Below are positions 37,857 through 45,647 of a stretch of 64,000 nt of DNA, piece by piece. A program made the position numbers and the translations under genes. Source of the DNA: Eubacteriales bacterium. Its GTDB lineage: Bacteria > Bacillota > Clostridia > Oscillospirales > CAG-272. The notes below the pieces were generated by a model. That model did not search any database. It had not been told where the DNA came from and saw only the letters and a list, made by a program, of their open reading frames with translations. The stretch lies in the NCBI GenBank assembly GCA_045535815.1, contig JAZSMJ010000068.1, positions 5,459-69,458 of the forward strand, in the 5' to 3' direction. How positions within the stretch are numbered: position 1 is the first letter of the stretch; each line of letters starts with the position of its first letter.

Positions 37857-38227
37857 TGAAGGAGATAAAGAGGATAGACGACTTTTTTGTAAAGGGCGAG
37901 CTTATCCCCGCAATAGTACAGGACTGTGATAACGGCGAGGTGCTGATGCTTGCATATATGAACCGTGAATCCCTTGCACTCACGCTTGAGGAGGGCAAGA
38001 CATGGTTTTACAGCCGTTCAAGAAATCAGCTTTGGAACAAGGGTGCAACGTCGGGGCATCTGCAGTACGTAAAGTCGGTATTCTATGACTGCGATGACGA
38101 TACCCTTCTTGTAAAGGTCCGTCAGGTAGGGCCTGCCTGCCATACCGGCAAGAGAAGCTGTTTCCATAATGAAATGCCTGAAATAGACGTTGACGGCAGG
38201 ATAATAAAGCCGAAATATGAGGAGTGA
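37856..38227 (+). CDS. hisI: Phosphoribosyl-AMP cyclohydrolase (separate from hisE)
   Basis: [36 protein letters not shown]. Confidence 0.88.
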   Translation: MKEIKRIDDFFVKGELIPAIVQDCDNGEVLMLAYMNRESLALTLEEGKTWFYSRSRNQLWNKGATSGHLQYVKSVFYDCDDDTLLVKVRQVGPACHTGKRSCFHNEMPEIDVDGRIIKPKYEE

Positions 38228-38232
38228 ATATA

Positions 38233-38562
38233 ATGAACACAAAGGTAATAGAGGATCTTTATAACGTGGTGGCACAGCGTAAGGCAGAGCCGCAGGAGGG
38301 CTCGTATACCTGCTATCTTTTCGATAAGGGTATCGATAAGATACTCAAAAAGGTTGGCGAGGAGTGCGCCGAAACGATAATTGCCGCTAAAAACGGCAAG
38401 AGCGACGAGATAACCCTTGAGGTATGCGACCTTATATATCATCTGATGGTAATGCTCAATCAATGCGAGGTGCCGCTTGAGGACGTTATCGCAGAGCTTG
38501 AGCAGCGCTCGCTTAAGATAGGTAATCTCAAACAGTTCAAAAACGTTGATAAAAACACCTAA
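38233..38562 (+). CDS. hisE: Phosphoribosyl-ATP pyrophosphatase
   Basis: SYTCYLF, KVGEECAETIIAAKN, DLIYHLMVML. ATG at 38233 lies 8 nt after a GAGGAG RBS. Confidence 0.88.
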   Translation: MNTKVIEDLYNVVAQRKAEPQEGSYTCYLFDKGIDKILKKVGEECAETIIAAKNGKSDEITLEVCDLIYHLMVMLNQCEVPLEDVIAELEQRSLKIGNLKQFKNVDKNT

Positions 38563-38609
38563 GATATGATTTACACACCTTTTTTACGGCAATAATAGCC
38601 GTAAGAGAG

Positions 38610-38807
38610 GTGTTTGTTATTTTAGTGAGAAGATACCTGAACGGAGAAGAAACAAGCCCTGAGGGGCTTGTTATTGCCGCACAAAACAGTGCTGCTTTTG
38701 ATGAAGAGGTAAAAAGGGCAAGACAACGGATAATCAAGGATAAGAGCCGTTTCATGCACGGTATTTCTTCAAGGGGCGAGAGTGCATACAAAATAAATGA
38801 AAAGTAA
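38610..38807 (+). CDS. Small hypothetical ORF overlapping the recombinase start. Coding status is uncertain.
   Basis: 65-codon ORF ending 11 nt inside the recombinase gene. The RBS geometry for the GTG start is poor and no recognisable domain is present. Confidence 0.25.
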   Translation: MFVILVRRYLNGEETSPEGLVIAAQNSAAFDEEVKRARQRIIKDKSRFMHGISSRGESAYKINEK

Positions 38808-40173
38808 AAAGACGGCGGCTCTGTATGCAAGAGTCTCGACCGAGGCGCAGTGGGAAGAGGGCTATTCGATAGATGCACAGAAGGATATGCTGATAGCCTG
38901 CTGCCGTGCAAAGGGAATAGAGAACTTTGAGCTTTATATAGACGGCGGATATTCGGGAAGCACACTTGACAGACCCGAGATAAAAAGACTTTGCTCTGAC
39001 GTTAAAAACGGAAGGATAGACTGCGTTATCGTCTATAAGCTTGACAGACTTTCGAGAAGTCAGAAGGACACCCTATATCTTATTGAAGACGTATTCAATC
39101 CAAACGGTGTGGATTTTATCTCTCTCAATGAGAATATGGACACCGCAACTCCGATAGGCAGAGCAATGCTCGGCATAATGTCCGCCTTTGCACAGCTCGA
39201 GCGTGAGACCATAAAGGAAAGAACGAGAATGGGAATGCTTGAGCGTGTGAAGCAGGGATATTGGATGGGCGGCGGAAGAATCCCGTTTGGATACGATTAC
39301 GATAAGGAAAAGGGAATACTCGTGCCCAACAGCGATGCCGCAGTTGTAAAAAGGGTGTACGAGCTGTATCTTGCAGGATATTCGCTTATGAGTATTGCAA
39401 ATAAACTTGGGCTCGGTTACGAGCGTCTTGCACGGCAGATACTATTAAGAAAGACAAACGCAGGGTATATAGTCTACAACGGAAAGGAATACAAGGGGCT
39501 TCATCAGCCGATAATCGACGAGGCTACCTATAACAAAGCGATAGCTCTTTTTGAAAAGCGGTCAAGGGGAAGGCTTAAGGGTGCTGACAATCTTTTGACA
39601 GGGCTTATATACTGCGGTGTTTGCGGAGCAAAAATGCGGTATCAGAAATGGGGCAGGAGCGGTTATAAAATATACTGCTATTCGCAGGATAAGGGAAAGC
39701 CCCATCTGTCAAGGTCGGACGAGTGCGACAATCATAAAATATGGGCGCACGAGCTTGAGGATATCGTAACCGAGGACCTTTTCAGAATGGCGCATAAAAA
39801 GGTCAGCGGTGAGATAGAAGAGGGCGAGGTATCGGATATTGAAATACTGAAGGGCAGGCGAGAGGGAGCAGTTAAGCGCCTGAGGCGCTTATACAAGCTT
39901 TATTCTCAGTCTGATGACAGTGTTCTTATCGACGCCATAAATGAAATAAAGGAAGAAATATCAGAGATAGATGCAAGGATAGAAGCAGAAGAAAAGCTCC
40001 TGTCAAAAAGCACGGCAGATATTGAAAGCTACGAAGAGCTTGCAACTATGGAGGGCGTCTGGCAGTATATGACAAAAAAGGAAAAGCAGCACGTGTTCAG
40101 AAGCTATATCGATAAGATAGTGGTAAGCTACGATAAGGTGGACATATACTATACGCTCCCTGCGAAAACGTAA
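38797..40173 (+). CDS. Large serine recombinase (resolvase catalytic domain + recombinase domain + zinc ribbon + coiled coil), SpoIVCA/CisA-like architecture
   Basis: The N-terminus AALYARVSTEAQ...YSIDAQ contains the catalytic Ser. Also present are VIVYKLDRLSRS and SAFAQLERETIKERT. The zinc ribbon is CGVCG...C...C, followed by a C-terminal coiled coil. Confidence 0.9.
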   Translation: MKSKKTAALYARVSTEAQWEEGYSIDAQKDMLIACCRAKGIENFELYIDGGYSGSTLDRPEIKRLCSDVKNGRIDCVIVYKLDRLSRSQKDTLYLIEDVFNPNGVDFISLNENMDTATPIGRAMLGIMSAFAQLERETIKERTRMGMLERVKQGYWMGGGRIPFGYDYDKEKGILVPNSDAAVVKRVYELYLAGYSLMSIANKLGLGYERLARQILLRKTNAGYIVYNGKEYKGLHQPIIDEATYNKAIALFEKRSRGRLKGADNLLTGLIYCGVCGAKMRYQKWGRSGYKIYCYSQDKGKPHLSRSDECDNHKIWAHELEDIVTEDLFRMAHKKVSGEIEEGEVSDIEILKGRREGAVKRLRRLYKLYSQSDDSVLIDAINEIKEEISEIDARIEAEEKLLSKSTADIESYEELATMEGVWQYMTKKEKQHVFRSYIDKIVVSYDKVDIYYTLPAKT

Positions 40174-40209
40174 AAACAGACGATACGATGTTTCCACCGT
40201 ATCGGCTGT
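40172..40209 (-). terminator. Terminator of nhaC, abutting the recombinase stop codon
   Basis: 12-bp stem acagacgatacg/cgtatcggctgt with 1 mismatch. The U-run on the minus strand corresponds to the A-run at 40172-40176. Confidence 0.65.
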
Positions 40210-40229
40210 ATTGATTTTATGCGATAATT

Positions 40230-41783
40230 TTATTTTGCCGTATTTCTTGCACGCTGTCTTAAGAAGAGAACTGCAACGGCAAAGATAACGAGTGCTACTA
40301 CCCACATGATTACGCAGCAGATAAGTCCGCCGAGCGAAGCGGCAAGACCTGCAACGAGGTAAGCGATAGCAGCTATAACTGCTACCAGGCCTGCGTACGG
40401 AAGCTGTGTGTTAACATGGTCAACGTGGTTACACTGCGCACCTGCAGAAGCGAGGATGGTGGTATCGGAAATGGGAGAAATGTGGTCTCCGAATACCGCA
40501 CCGCCAAGTGTTGCGGAAACGGTGAGTATGGCAAGTGTACCGCTGCCGCCGAGAATTGTAACTGCTATAGGAACGAGAACGCCGAAGGTTCCCCATGAAG
40601 TACCTGTAGCAAATGCTATAGCACCTGCAAGGATAAAGAATATTGCAGGGAAGAGGAACTGCGGGAATGCGCTGTTTGCAAGGTTAGCTTCAACGAATGA
40701 CTGAGCGTCAAGATATCCGCCCTTTGCACCCATGATACCGGAAATGGACCATGCAAACGTAAGAATAAGTATAGCGGGAACCATTGCCTTGAAGCCCTCT
40801 GTAAAGCTTCCGGTAATTTCCTTGAAGGAAACTACCTTTGTAAGCATATAGTAAACCGAGATTATAATAAGTGCGATAGTAGAACCGATAGCAAGGGACA
40901 TACCTGCATCACAGTTGGAGAAAGCTTCGATAACGTTTGCAGACTGAAGCTCTGTGTCGATAAGACCGGTATCCCAGTTGTAGTAGAAGCCTGTGAATAT
41001 CATACCGCCTATGCAGCAGATGATAAGAATGATAACGGGAATGACGAGGTGACGAACCTTACCCTTGGGGTTAGCCTTGATCTCATCATTGCTTTCGGCG
41101 TCTTCGGTTTCACCTGCGAAAAGGTCACCTGTGGTTTCAGCTACGTACTCGTTCTTCTTCATCTTTGCGAAATCGAACTTGAAGAAGCAAAGAGCAAATA
41201 CCATTATAATGGTAAGAAGCGCATAAACGTTAAAGGGGATAGTGCTTATAAATACCATAAGACCGTCGCCCTCAAGCTCACCTGCTACTGCAGCAGCCCA
41301 GCTGGATATGGGAGCGATGATACATACGGGAGCGGCAGTTGCATCAATTATGTATGCAAGCTTTGCTCTTGATACCTTAAATTTGTCTGTAACGGGACGC
41401 ATAACCGATCCGACTGTAAGGCAGTTGAAATAGTCGTCAACGAAAATGAGACAGCCAAGTCCTGCCGTAGCAGCAAGAGCACCGCTCTTTGACTTGATCT
41501 TTTTGCCTGCCCAGTCACCGTAAGCCTTAGCGCCTCCGGACTTCTGCATAAGAACAACGAGTATACCGAGGACTACGAGGAATACGATGATCGTGGTGTT
41601 AGCACCAACCTTTTCGCTCATAACCTGGTAAAGTGTGAATAACGCCTTAAGCGGATTACCGCCTGCGTACATGAATGAGCCGACGAGGATACCGAGGAAT
41701 AACGAAACGTAAACCTGCTTGGTAGCCAGAGCCAGCACAATGGCAATAAGTGCGGGTAAAAACGCCCATAATGTACCTGCCAT
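40230..41783 (-). CDS. nhaC: NhaC-family Na+/H+ antiporter-type transporter, possibly a lysine or basic-amino-acid transporter given its riboswitch
   Basis: 517 aa with about 12 TM segments and NhaC-family sequence character. It is preceded by an L-box leader. Confidence 0.8.
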   Translation of the reverse strand: MAGTLWAFLPALIAIVLALATKQVYVSLFLGILVGSFMYAGGNPLKALFTLYQVMSEKVGANTTIIVFLVVLGILVVLMQKSGGAKAYGDWAGKKIKSKSGALAATAGLGCLIFVDDYFNCLTVGSVMRPVTDKFKVSRAKLAYIIDATAAPVCIIAPISSWAAAVAGELEGDGLMVFISTIPFNVYALLTIIMVFALCFFKFDFAKMKKNEYVAETTGDLFAGETEDAESNDEIKANPKGKVRHLVIPVIILIICCIGGMIFTGFYYNWDTGLIDTELQSANVIEAFSNCDAGMSLAIGSTIALIIISVYYMLTKVVSFKEITGSFTEGFKAMVPAILILTFAWSISGIMGAKGGYLDAQSFVEANLANSAFPQFLFPAIFFILAGAIAFATGTSWGTFGVLVPIAVTILGGSGTLAILTVSATLGGAVFGDHISPISDTTILASAGAQCNHVDHVNTQLPYAGLVAVIAAIAYLVAGLAASLGGLICCVIMWVVALVIFAVAVLFLRQRARNTAK

Positions 41784-41821
41784 GTGTTTTTTCCTCCTTA
41801 AAAATTATAATGGAAAAATAA

Positions 41822-42030
41822 AAAATCACGGCACTATCAAATACCGTGATCAAACGACCAAATATCCAATAGCACAACACTTAAAAAAGTGACAGTCGCA
41901 CCGATGTTATCGTTGCGCCCGAATCTGAACGCCCGGGCAACGTTCAAACTCTCGGTGACCATTCCTTTACCGCGCAGACCAAGTCCCCGTCTGCGTTTAT
42001 CATAATGACCACGCCTCTATTGTGATTTAT
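41822..42030 (-). promoter_or_regulatory. Lysine riboswitch (L-box) with intrinsic terminator expression platform
   Basis: On the minus strand: ATAGAGGCG..., GGTAAAGG, GTCACCGAGAG, CCCGGGCG and GCGACTGTCAC resemble the conserved L-box blocks AGAGGCGC, CTGAAAGG, GCCGAAG, CCTGG and ACTGTCA. A terminator atcacgg...ccgtgat+U7 follows at 41826-41852. Confidence 0.65.
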
Positions 42031-42036
42031 GTAGAA

Positions 42037-42065
42037 AGTATAGCATAGTATGACATATTTGTCAA
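42037..42065 (-). promoter_or_regulatory. Sigma-A-type promoter of the L-box-nhaC unit
   Basis: On the minus strand: TTGACA (42060-42065), 17 nt, TATACT (42037-42042). Confidence 0.6.
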
Positions 42066-42117
42066 TAATTTTTAAAAATTATAAGGCAAAGCAAACGAAT
42101 TTTGTTATTTTATATAT

Positions 42118-42160
42118 AAAAAACGGATATAACGCATAAAACTGCGGAATATCCGTTTTT
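42118..42160. terminator. Terminator after the DUF4145/HsdR-fragment gene
   Basis: acggatat...atatccgt stem flanked by an A-run and a T-run. Confidence 0.5.
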
Positions 42161-42161
42161 A

Positions 42162-42821
42162 CTATTCATTAAATCCGTTTGATATTATATCGTCCCTGTA
42201 GGAATCGTCGTACTGCATATAATCGTCGTATATCCTTTTCGTTTTGTCTATAGTCATATCAACAGGCTTTGGGATATAAGTTTGACGGTGCTCTGCTCGG
42301 CGTGCGGTCAGCTCCTCACGCAGCGACTTGTTTTCTTTTATAAGAGCTCCTATATCAACGCTTGAATTCGGAACGAATGAAAGCGCTTCGGCAACCGTCA
42401 GCTCGAGTAGCGACTCATCAAAATCACGCTTTTCGTATTCTGTAGCATAGCAGTATGCAAGAAAGTCAAGAAAAACGAAAAGATTCTCAAGGCAGAGCCG
42501 AGCTTCGTCACGGCTTATCTCCTTATCGCCGTGAGCGGCTGCGTTTCCTATCTTGCGGACTATGTCCATGCGCATCCAGATATCTTCTCCGACCAAAGAC
42601 CTGAACTCGTCCTCACGCATAAGCGAATAGAGCGATTGCTCTCCGTGGCACTCAAGCTCGCTGTCCACCGAAAACATCCATTTAACAGCAAATTCCATAG
42701 CTCTTCTGCAGTTAAGAACGCAGGCGTCAACGTCGATATGTAAAAGCTGCTCGGCAGAGATCGCAACGTCAGCAAAAGAAGCAAAATCGGGTGTCTTAAG
42801 TAAAAAATCGAAATTTGTCAC
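42162..42821 (-). pseudogene. DUF4145-type domain + coiled coil. Probably the truncated N-terminal fragment of a type I restriction enzyme R subunit (hsdR).
   Basis: The GTG start has a GGAGG RBS. The sequence NFDFL...FASFADVAISAEQLL...CVLNCRRAMEFAVKWMF...IRKIGNAAAHG resembles the N-terminal DUF4145 module of HsdR proteins. The ORF ends where the HsdR nuclease/helicase core would begin. Family name is from memory. Confidence 0.5.
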
Positions 42822-42881
42822 GGTCTCCTCCTTTGAATATTTCTTGTACCTATATATTATACACTCAGCCGTGTGCAAATG

Positions 42882-43208
42882 TCAATCGGTAAGATCCCTT
42901 TTTCCACATCCGATATTCATCGGCACAGCGTAAGTGGAAAACTTAACGTCAAGCTCGGTATTGAAGTTATCAACCGCCTTTATAAGTCCTATACAGCCGA
43001 CCTGAAACAGATCGTCAAGATTCTCGCCTCGGTTTGTAAATCTCTGAATTATACTCAGAACCAAACGGAGATTTCCGTCAATAAGCTCCCGTCGTGCCTC
43101 GCCGTCTCCCGCAGCGGCCTTTTTGAGCAGATCTGTTTTTTCGGCGTCAGTCAGCGTTTTGAGCTTAGCGGTGTTAACACCGCATATTTCGACTTTATTA
43201 TAATGCAT
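42882..43208 (-). pseudogene. sigG: 5' fragment of the forespore sigma factor gene sigG (regions 1.2-2.4 only)
   Basis: MHYNKVEICGVNTAKL...GNLRLVLSIIQRFTNRGENLDDLFQVGCIGLIKAVDNF...KFSTYAVPM matches SigG. After PM (42918) the expected IIGEIRRYLRD is replaced by NIGCGKRDLTD-stop. A GGAGGG RBS lies 8 nt upstream of the ATG at 43206-43208. Confidence 0.8.
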
Positions 43209-43369
43209 GGAAGCAGCCCTCCGATAGAGCAAATATATTGAAATTATTACATAAAAAGTATTGCCGACCATACGCTTTGCTTATTCAGAAAAGAGCTTAT
43301 TTCCTAAAATAGGAAATGGGAGAAAGGGAAGGAAATTATTCAATATTCACCAGCGAAGCGACTTCATTT

Positions 43370-43414
43370 TTCATTATTCATTTGAAAATCCGTTCTTGCC
43401 GAATGAATAATGAA
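43370..43414. repeat. 13-bp perfect inverted repeat (ttcattattcatt / aatgaataatgaa) with a 19-nt spacer. A third, direct copy lies at 43443-43454.
   Basis: Read directly from the sequence. Confidence 0.8.
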
Positions 43415-43461
43415 TAGTGAAATGCAGTTGCAAGCAACTGCCATGAATAATGAATAATACA

Positions 43462-43499
43462 AACAAAAATCCGCCCTCTTGCGAGAACGGATTTTTATT
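43462..43499 (-). terminator. Terminator downstream of tRNA-Thr
   Basis: Hairpin 43469-43492 pairs fully on the minus strand using G-U wobbles. It is followed by a U-run. Confidence 0.6.
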
Positions 43500-43575
43500 T
43501 GGAGCTACTACCCAGATTCGAACTGGGGACCTCATCCTTACCAAGGATGTGCTCTACCAACTGAGCCATAGTAGC
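43500..43575 (-). tRNA. tRNA-Thr (anticodon GGU) with encoded CCA
   Basis: The reverse complement gctactatggctcagttggtagagcacatccttGGTaaggatgaggtccccagttcgaatctgggtagtagctcca folds as a cloverleaf (7-bp acceptor stem, anticodon loop ttGGTaa, T-loop gttcgaatc). Confidence 0.9.
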
Positions 43576-43691
43576 AACTGCAAAATAGTATACCAAAACT
43601 TTATCGATTTGTCAAGTGTTTTGGCAAAAAAATAACGGCAGGCTGTTTTAAAGCCTGCCATCATAATAAAGCGTTTGTCATAAGGTCAAGA

Positions 43692-43928
43692 TCACTTGAT
43701 CTCTACTGTTACACGCTTGCCCTCGGAGTTGGCTGCTGCCTTCATAACGGTACGGATAGCCTTGGCTATTCTTCCGTGGCGACCGATGATCTTGCCCATA
43801 TCCTCCTCAGCAACGCTGAGCTCAAGGGTAACGTCATCGCCCTCTACCGTTTCAAGTATAACGACCTCTTCCGGCTTGTTTACAAGAGACTTTGCAATAT
43901 CCTGTAATAAATCCTTAAGTACGATCAT
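43692..43928 (-). CDS. khpA: KH-domain RNA-binding protein (YlqC/KhpA family)
   Basis: 78 aa with the GKIIGRHGRIAKAIRTV KH motif, located downstream of rpsP. Confidence 0.85.
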   Translation of the reverse strand: MIVLKDLLQDIAKSLVNKPEEVVILETVEGDDVTLELSVAEEDMGKIIGRHGRIAKAIRTVMKAAANSEGKRVTVEIK

Positions 43929-43948
43929 AAGAAAAACCCCGTTTGAGA

Positions 43949-44194
43949 TTATTCAATTATGCCGTTCTTCTTAAGCAAGGATCTAACAGTGTCTGTGGGC
44001 TGAGCACCGTTCTTTATCCACTGAGCTGCCTTTTCAGAGTCTATCTTAACGTCAGCGGGATTTGTAAGGGGGTTGTAGTAACCGATCTCTTCGATGAATC
44101 TGCCATCACGGGGAGATCTGGAATCTGCAACAACGATACGGTAAAAGGGAGCCTTCTTCATTCCCATTCTTCTAAGTCTGATTTTAACTGCCAT
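43949..44194 (-). CDS. rpsP: 30S ribosomal protein S16
   Basis: [35 protein letters not shown]. Confidence 0.95.
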   Translation of the reverse strand: MAVKIRLRRMGMKKAPFYRIVVADSRSPRDGRFIEEIGYYNPLTNPADVKIDSEKAAQWIKNGAQPTDTVRSLLKKNGIIE

Positions 44195-44241
44195 TTTGAG
44201 TTTCCTCCAATATTATAAATATAAATTTTTGATTTTTTTAT

Positions 44242-45579
44242 TTAAAAAGGTAGCTTGAATCTGCCTTTTTTGCTCAATTTATTCATGTTCTTTCCCGAGA
44301 ACTGCTTCATCAGCTTCTGAGTCTGATCAAACTGCTTGAGCAGTCTGTTTACTGCCTCGACCGTATTTCCGCTTCCCTGAGCGATACGCTTTTTACGTGA
44401 GGACGATATTATCTCAGGCTTGTCACGCTCCTCCTGTGTCATTGAGAGGATGATCGCCTTTGTTCTTTCGATCTGCTTTTCGTCTACACGAAGATCCTTC
44501 ATTGCAGACGGCTTAACGCCGGGCATCATAGAGAGTATCTGCTCCATAGAGCCCATATTTTTCATCTGCTCAAACTGATCGAGAAAGTCTGATAAGGTAA
44601 ACCTTGATTCTCTGAGCTTCTTTTCAAGCTCAGCTGCCTTCTTCTCGTCGTAAGCGGATTCGGCTTTTTCAATAAGAGAGAGGATATCTCCCATACCGAG
44701 TATTCTCGAAGCCATTCTGTCGGGGTGGAAGGGCTCGATCATATCGAGCTTTTCGCCCATACCAACGAATTTGATGGGCTTTCCTGTAACGTATTTTACC
44801 GAGAGGGCCGCACCGCCTCGTGTGTCACCGTCCAGCTTTGTAAGAATAACGCCGGTGATATCAAGAAGCTCGTTAAAGGTCTGAGCAACGTTAACTGCGT
44901 CCTGACCCGTCATCGAGTCAACTACAAGCAATATCTCGTCCGGCTCAACAGCCGCTTTGATGTTGCAAAGCTCCTGCATCATTTCTTCGTCAACGTGCAG
45001 ACGGCCTGCTGTATCTATGATAACGACGTCGTTACCGTGCTTTTGAGCGTGGGCTATCGCTTGTTTGGATATATCGACCGGAGAGGTCTTATCACCCATT
45101 GTGAAAACGGGGATATCGAGCTGTGCGCCTACCACCTCAAGCTGCTTTATAGCGGCAGGACGGTAGATATCGCAGGCAACGAGTATGGGGCGCTTGCCCT
45201 GCTTTTTGAGCATACCGCCAAGCTTTGCGGCGTGCGTCGTTTTACCTGCACCCTGAAGACCTGTCATCATAATGACTGTCGGCGGCTTTGAAGCTATGGT
45301 AAGCTTTGACTGCGTACCGCCCATCAGGTTTGTGAGCTCTTCGTTTACTATTTTAATTATCTGCTGAGCAGGCATAAGGCTTTCAAGAACCTCTGCGCCT
45401 ACCGCTCTTTCGGAAACTATCTTTACGAATTCCTTAACGACCTTGAAGTTAACGTCAGCCTCAAGCAAAGCAAGCTTGACCTCACGCATACCTTCCTTTA
45501 CATCGGCTTCCGAAAGTTTGCCTTTATTTTTGAATTTTTTAAAAGCATTTGCCAGCTTGTCGGAAAGACCTTCAAACAT
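44242..45579 (-). CDS. ffh: Signal recognition particle protein
   Basis: GLQGAGKTT, DTAGRL, and a Met-rich M domain. Confidence 0.95.
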   Translation of the reverse strand: MFEGLSDKLANAFKKFKNKGKLSEADVKEGMREVKLALLEADVNFKVVKEFVKIVSERAVGAEVLESLMPAQQIIKIVNEELTNLMGGTQSKLTIASKPPTVIMMTGLQGAGKTTHAAKLGGMLKKQGKRPILVACDIYRPAAIKQLEVVGAQLDIPVFTMGDKTSPVDISKQAIAHAQKHGNDVVIIDTAGRLHVDEEMMQELCNIKAAVEPDEILLVVDSMTGQDAVNVAQTFNELLDITGVILTKLDGDTRGGAALSVKYVTGKPIKFVGMGEKLDMIEPFHPDRMASRILGMGDILSLIEKAESAYDEKKAAELEKKLRESRFTLSDFLDQFEQMKNMGSMEQILSMMPGVKPSAMKDLRVDEKQIERTKAIILSMTQEERDKPEIISSSRKKRIAQGSGNTVEAVNRLLKQFDQTQKLMKQFSGKNMNKLSKKGRFKLPF

Positions 45580-45647
45580 AAAAACTCCATTTGGCGGTTT
45601 GTATTTGCGCCCACCTCAAACCGCCCTATCGGGGTGGCGCCAAATTA

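Noticed and set aside
38625-38636. The plus-strand codons aga aga tac ctg (RRYL) lie just after hisE and upstream of the recombinase. They match the RRYL that should follow the sigG break (IIGEIRRYLRD), which hints at the missing sigG half or an att half-site in inverted orientation.
   Set aside because: Only 4 residues (12 nt) match. The following sequence (NGEETSPEG...) has no similarity to sigma regions 2.4-4. Nucleotide alignment with the 42880-42925 junction is poor. I estimate roughly a percent-level chance occurrence given the search space. It is worth testing when the full genome is available, but it is not evidence on its own.
38563-43499. The whole interval (recombinase to tRNA-Thr) considered as one prophage, ICE or skin-like element.
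   Set aside because: It has no phage structural, replication or conjugation genes. nhaC has its own promoter, lysine riboswitch and terminator, like a resident chromosomal gene. The sigG 3' half that should flank a simple insertion is absent at the left end, where the intact his operon sits. The interval is better described as a rearrangement patch.
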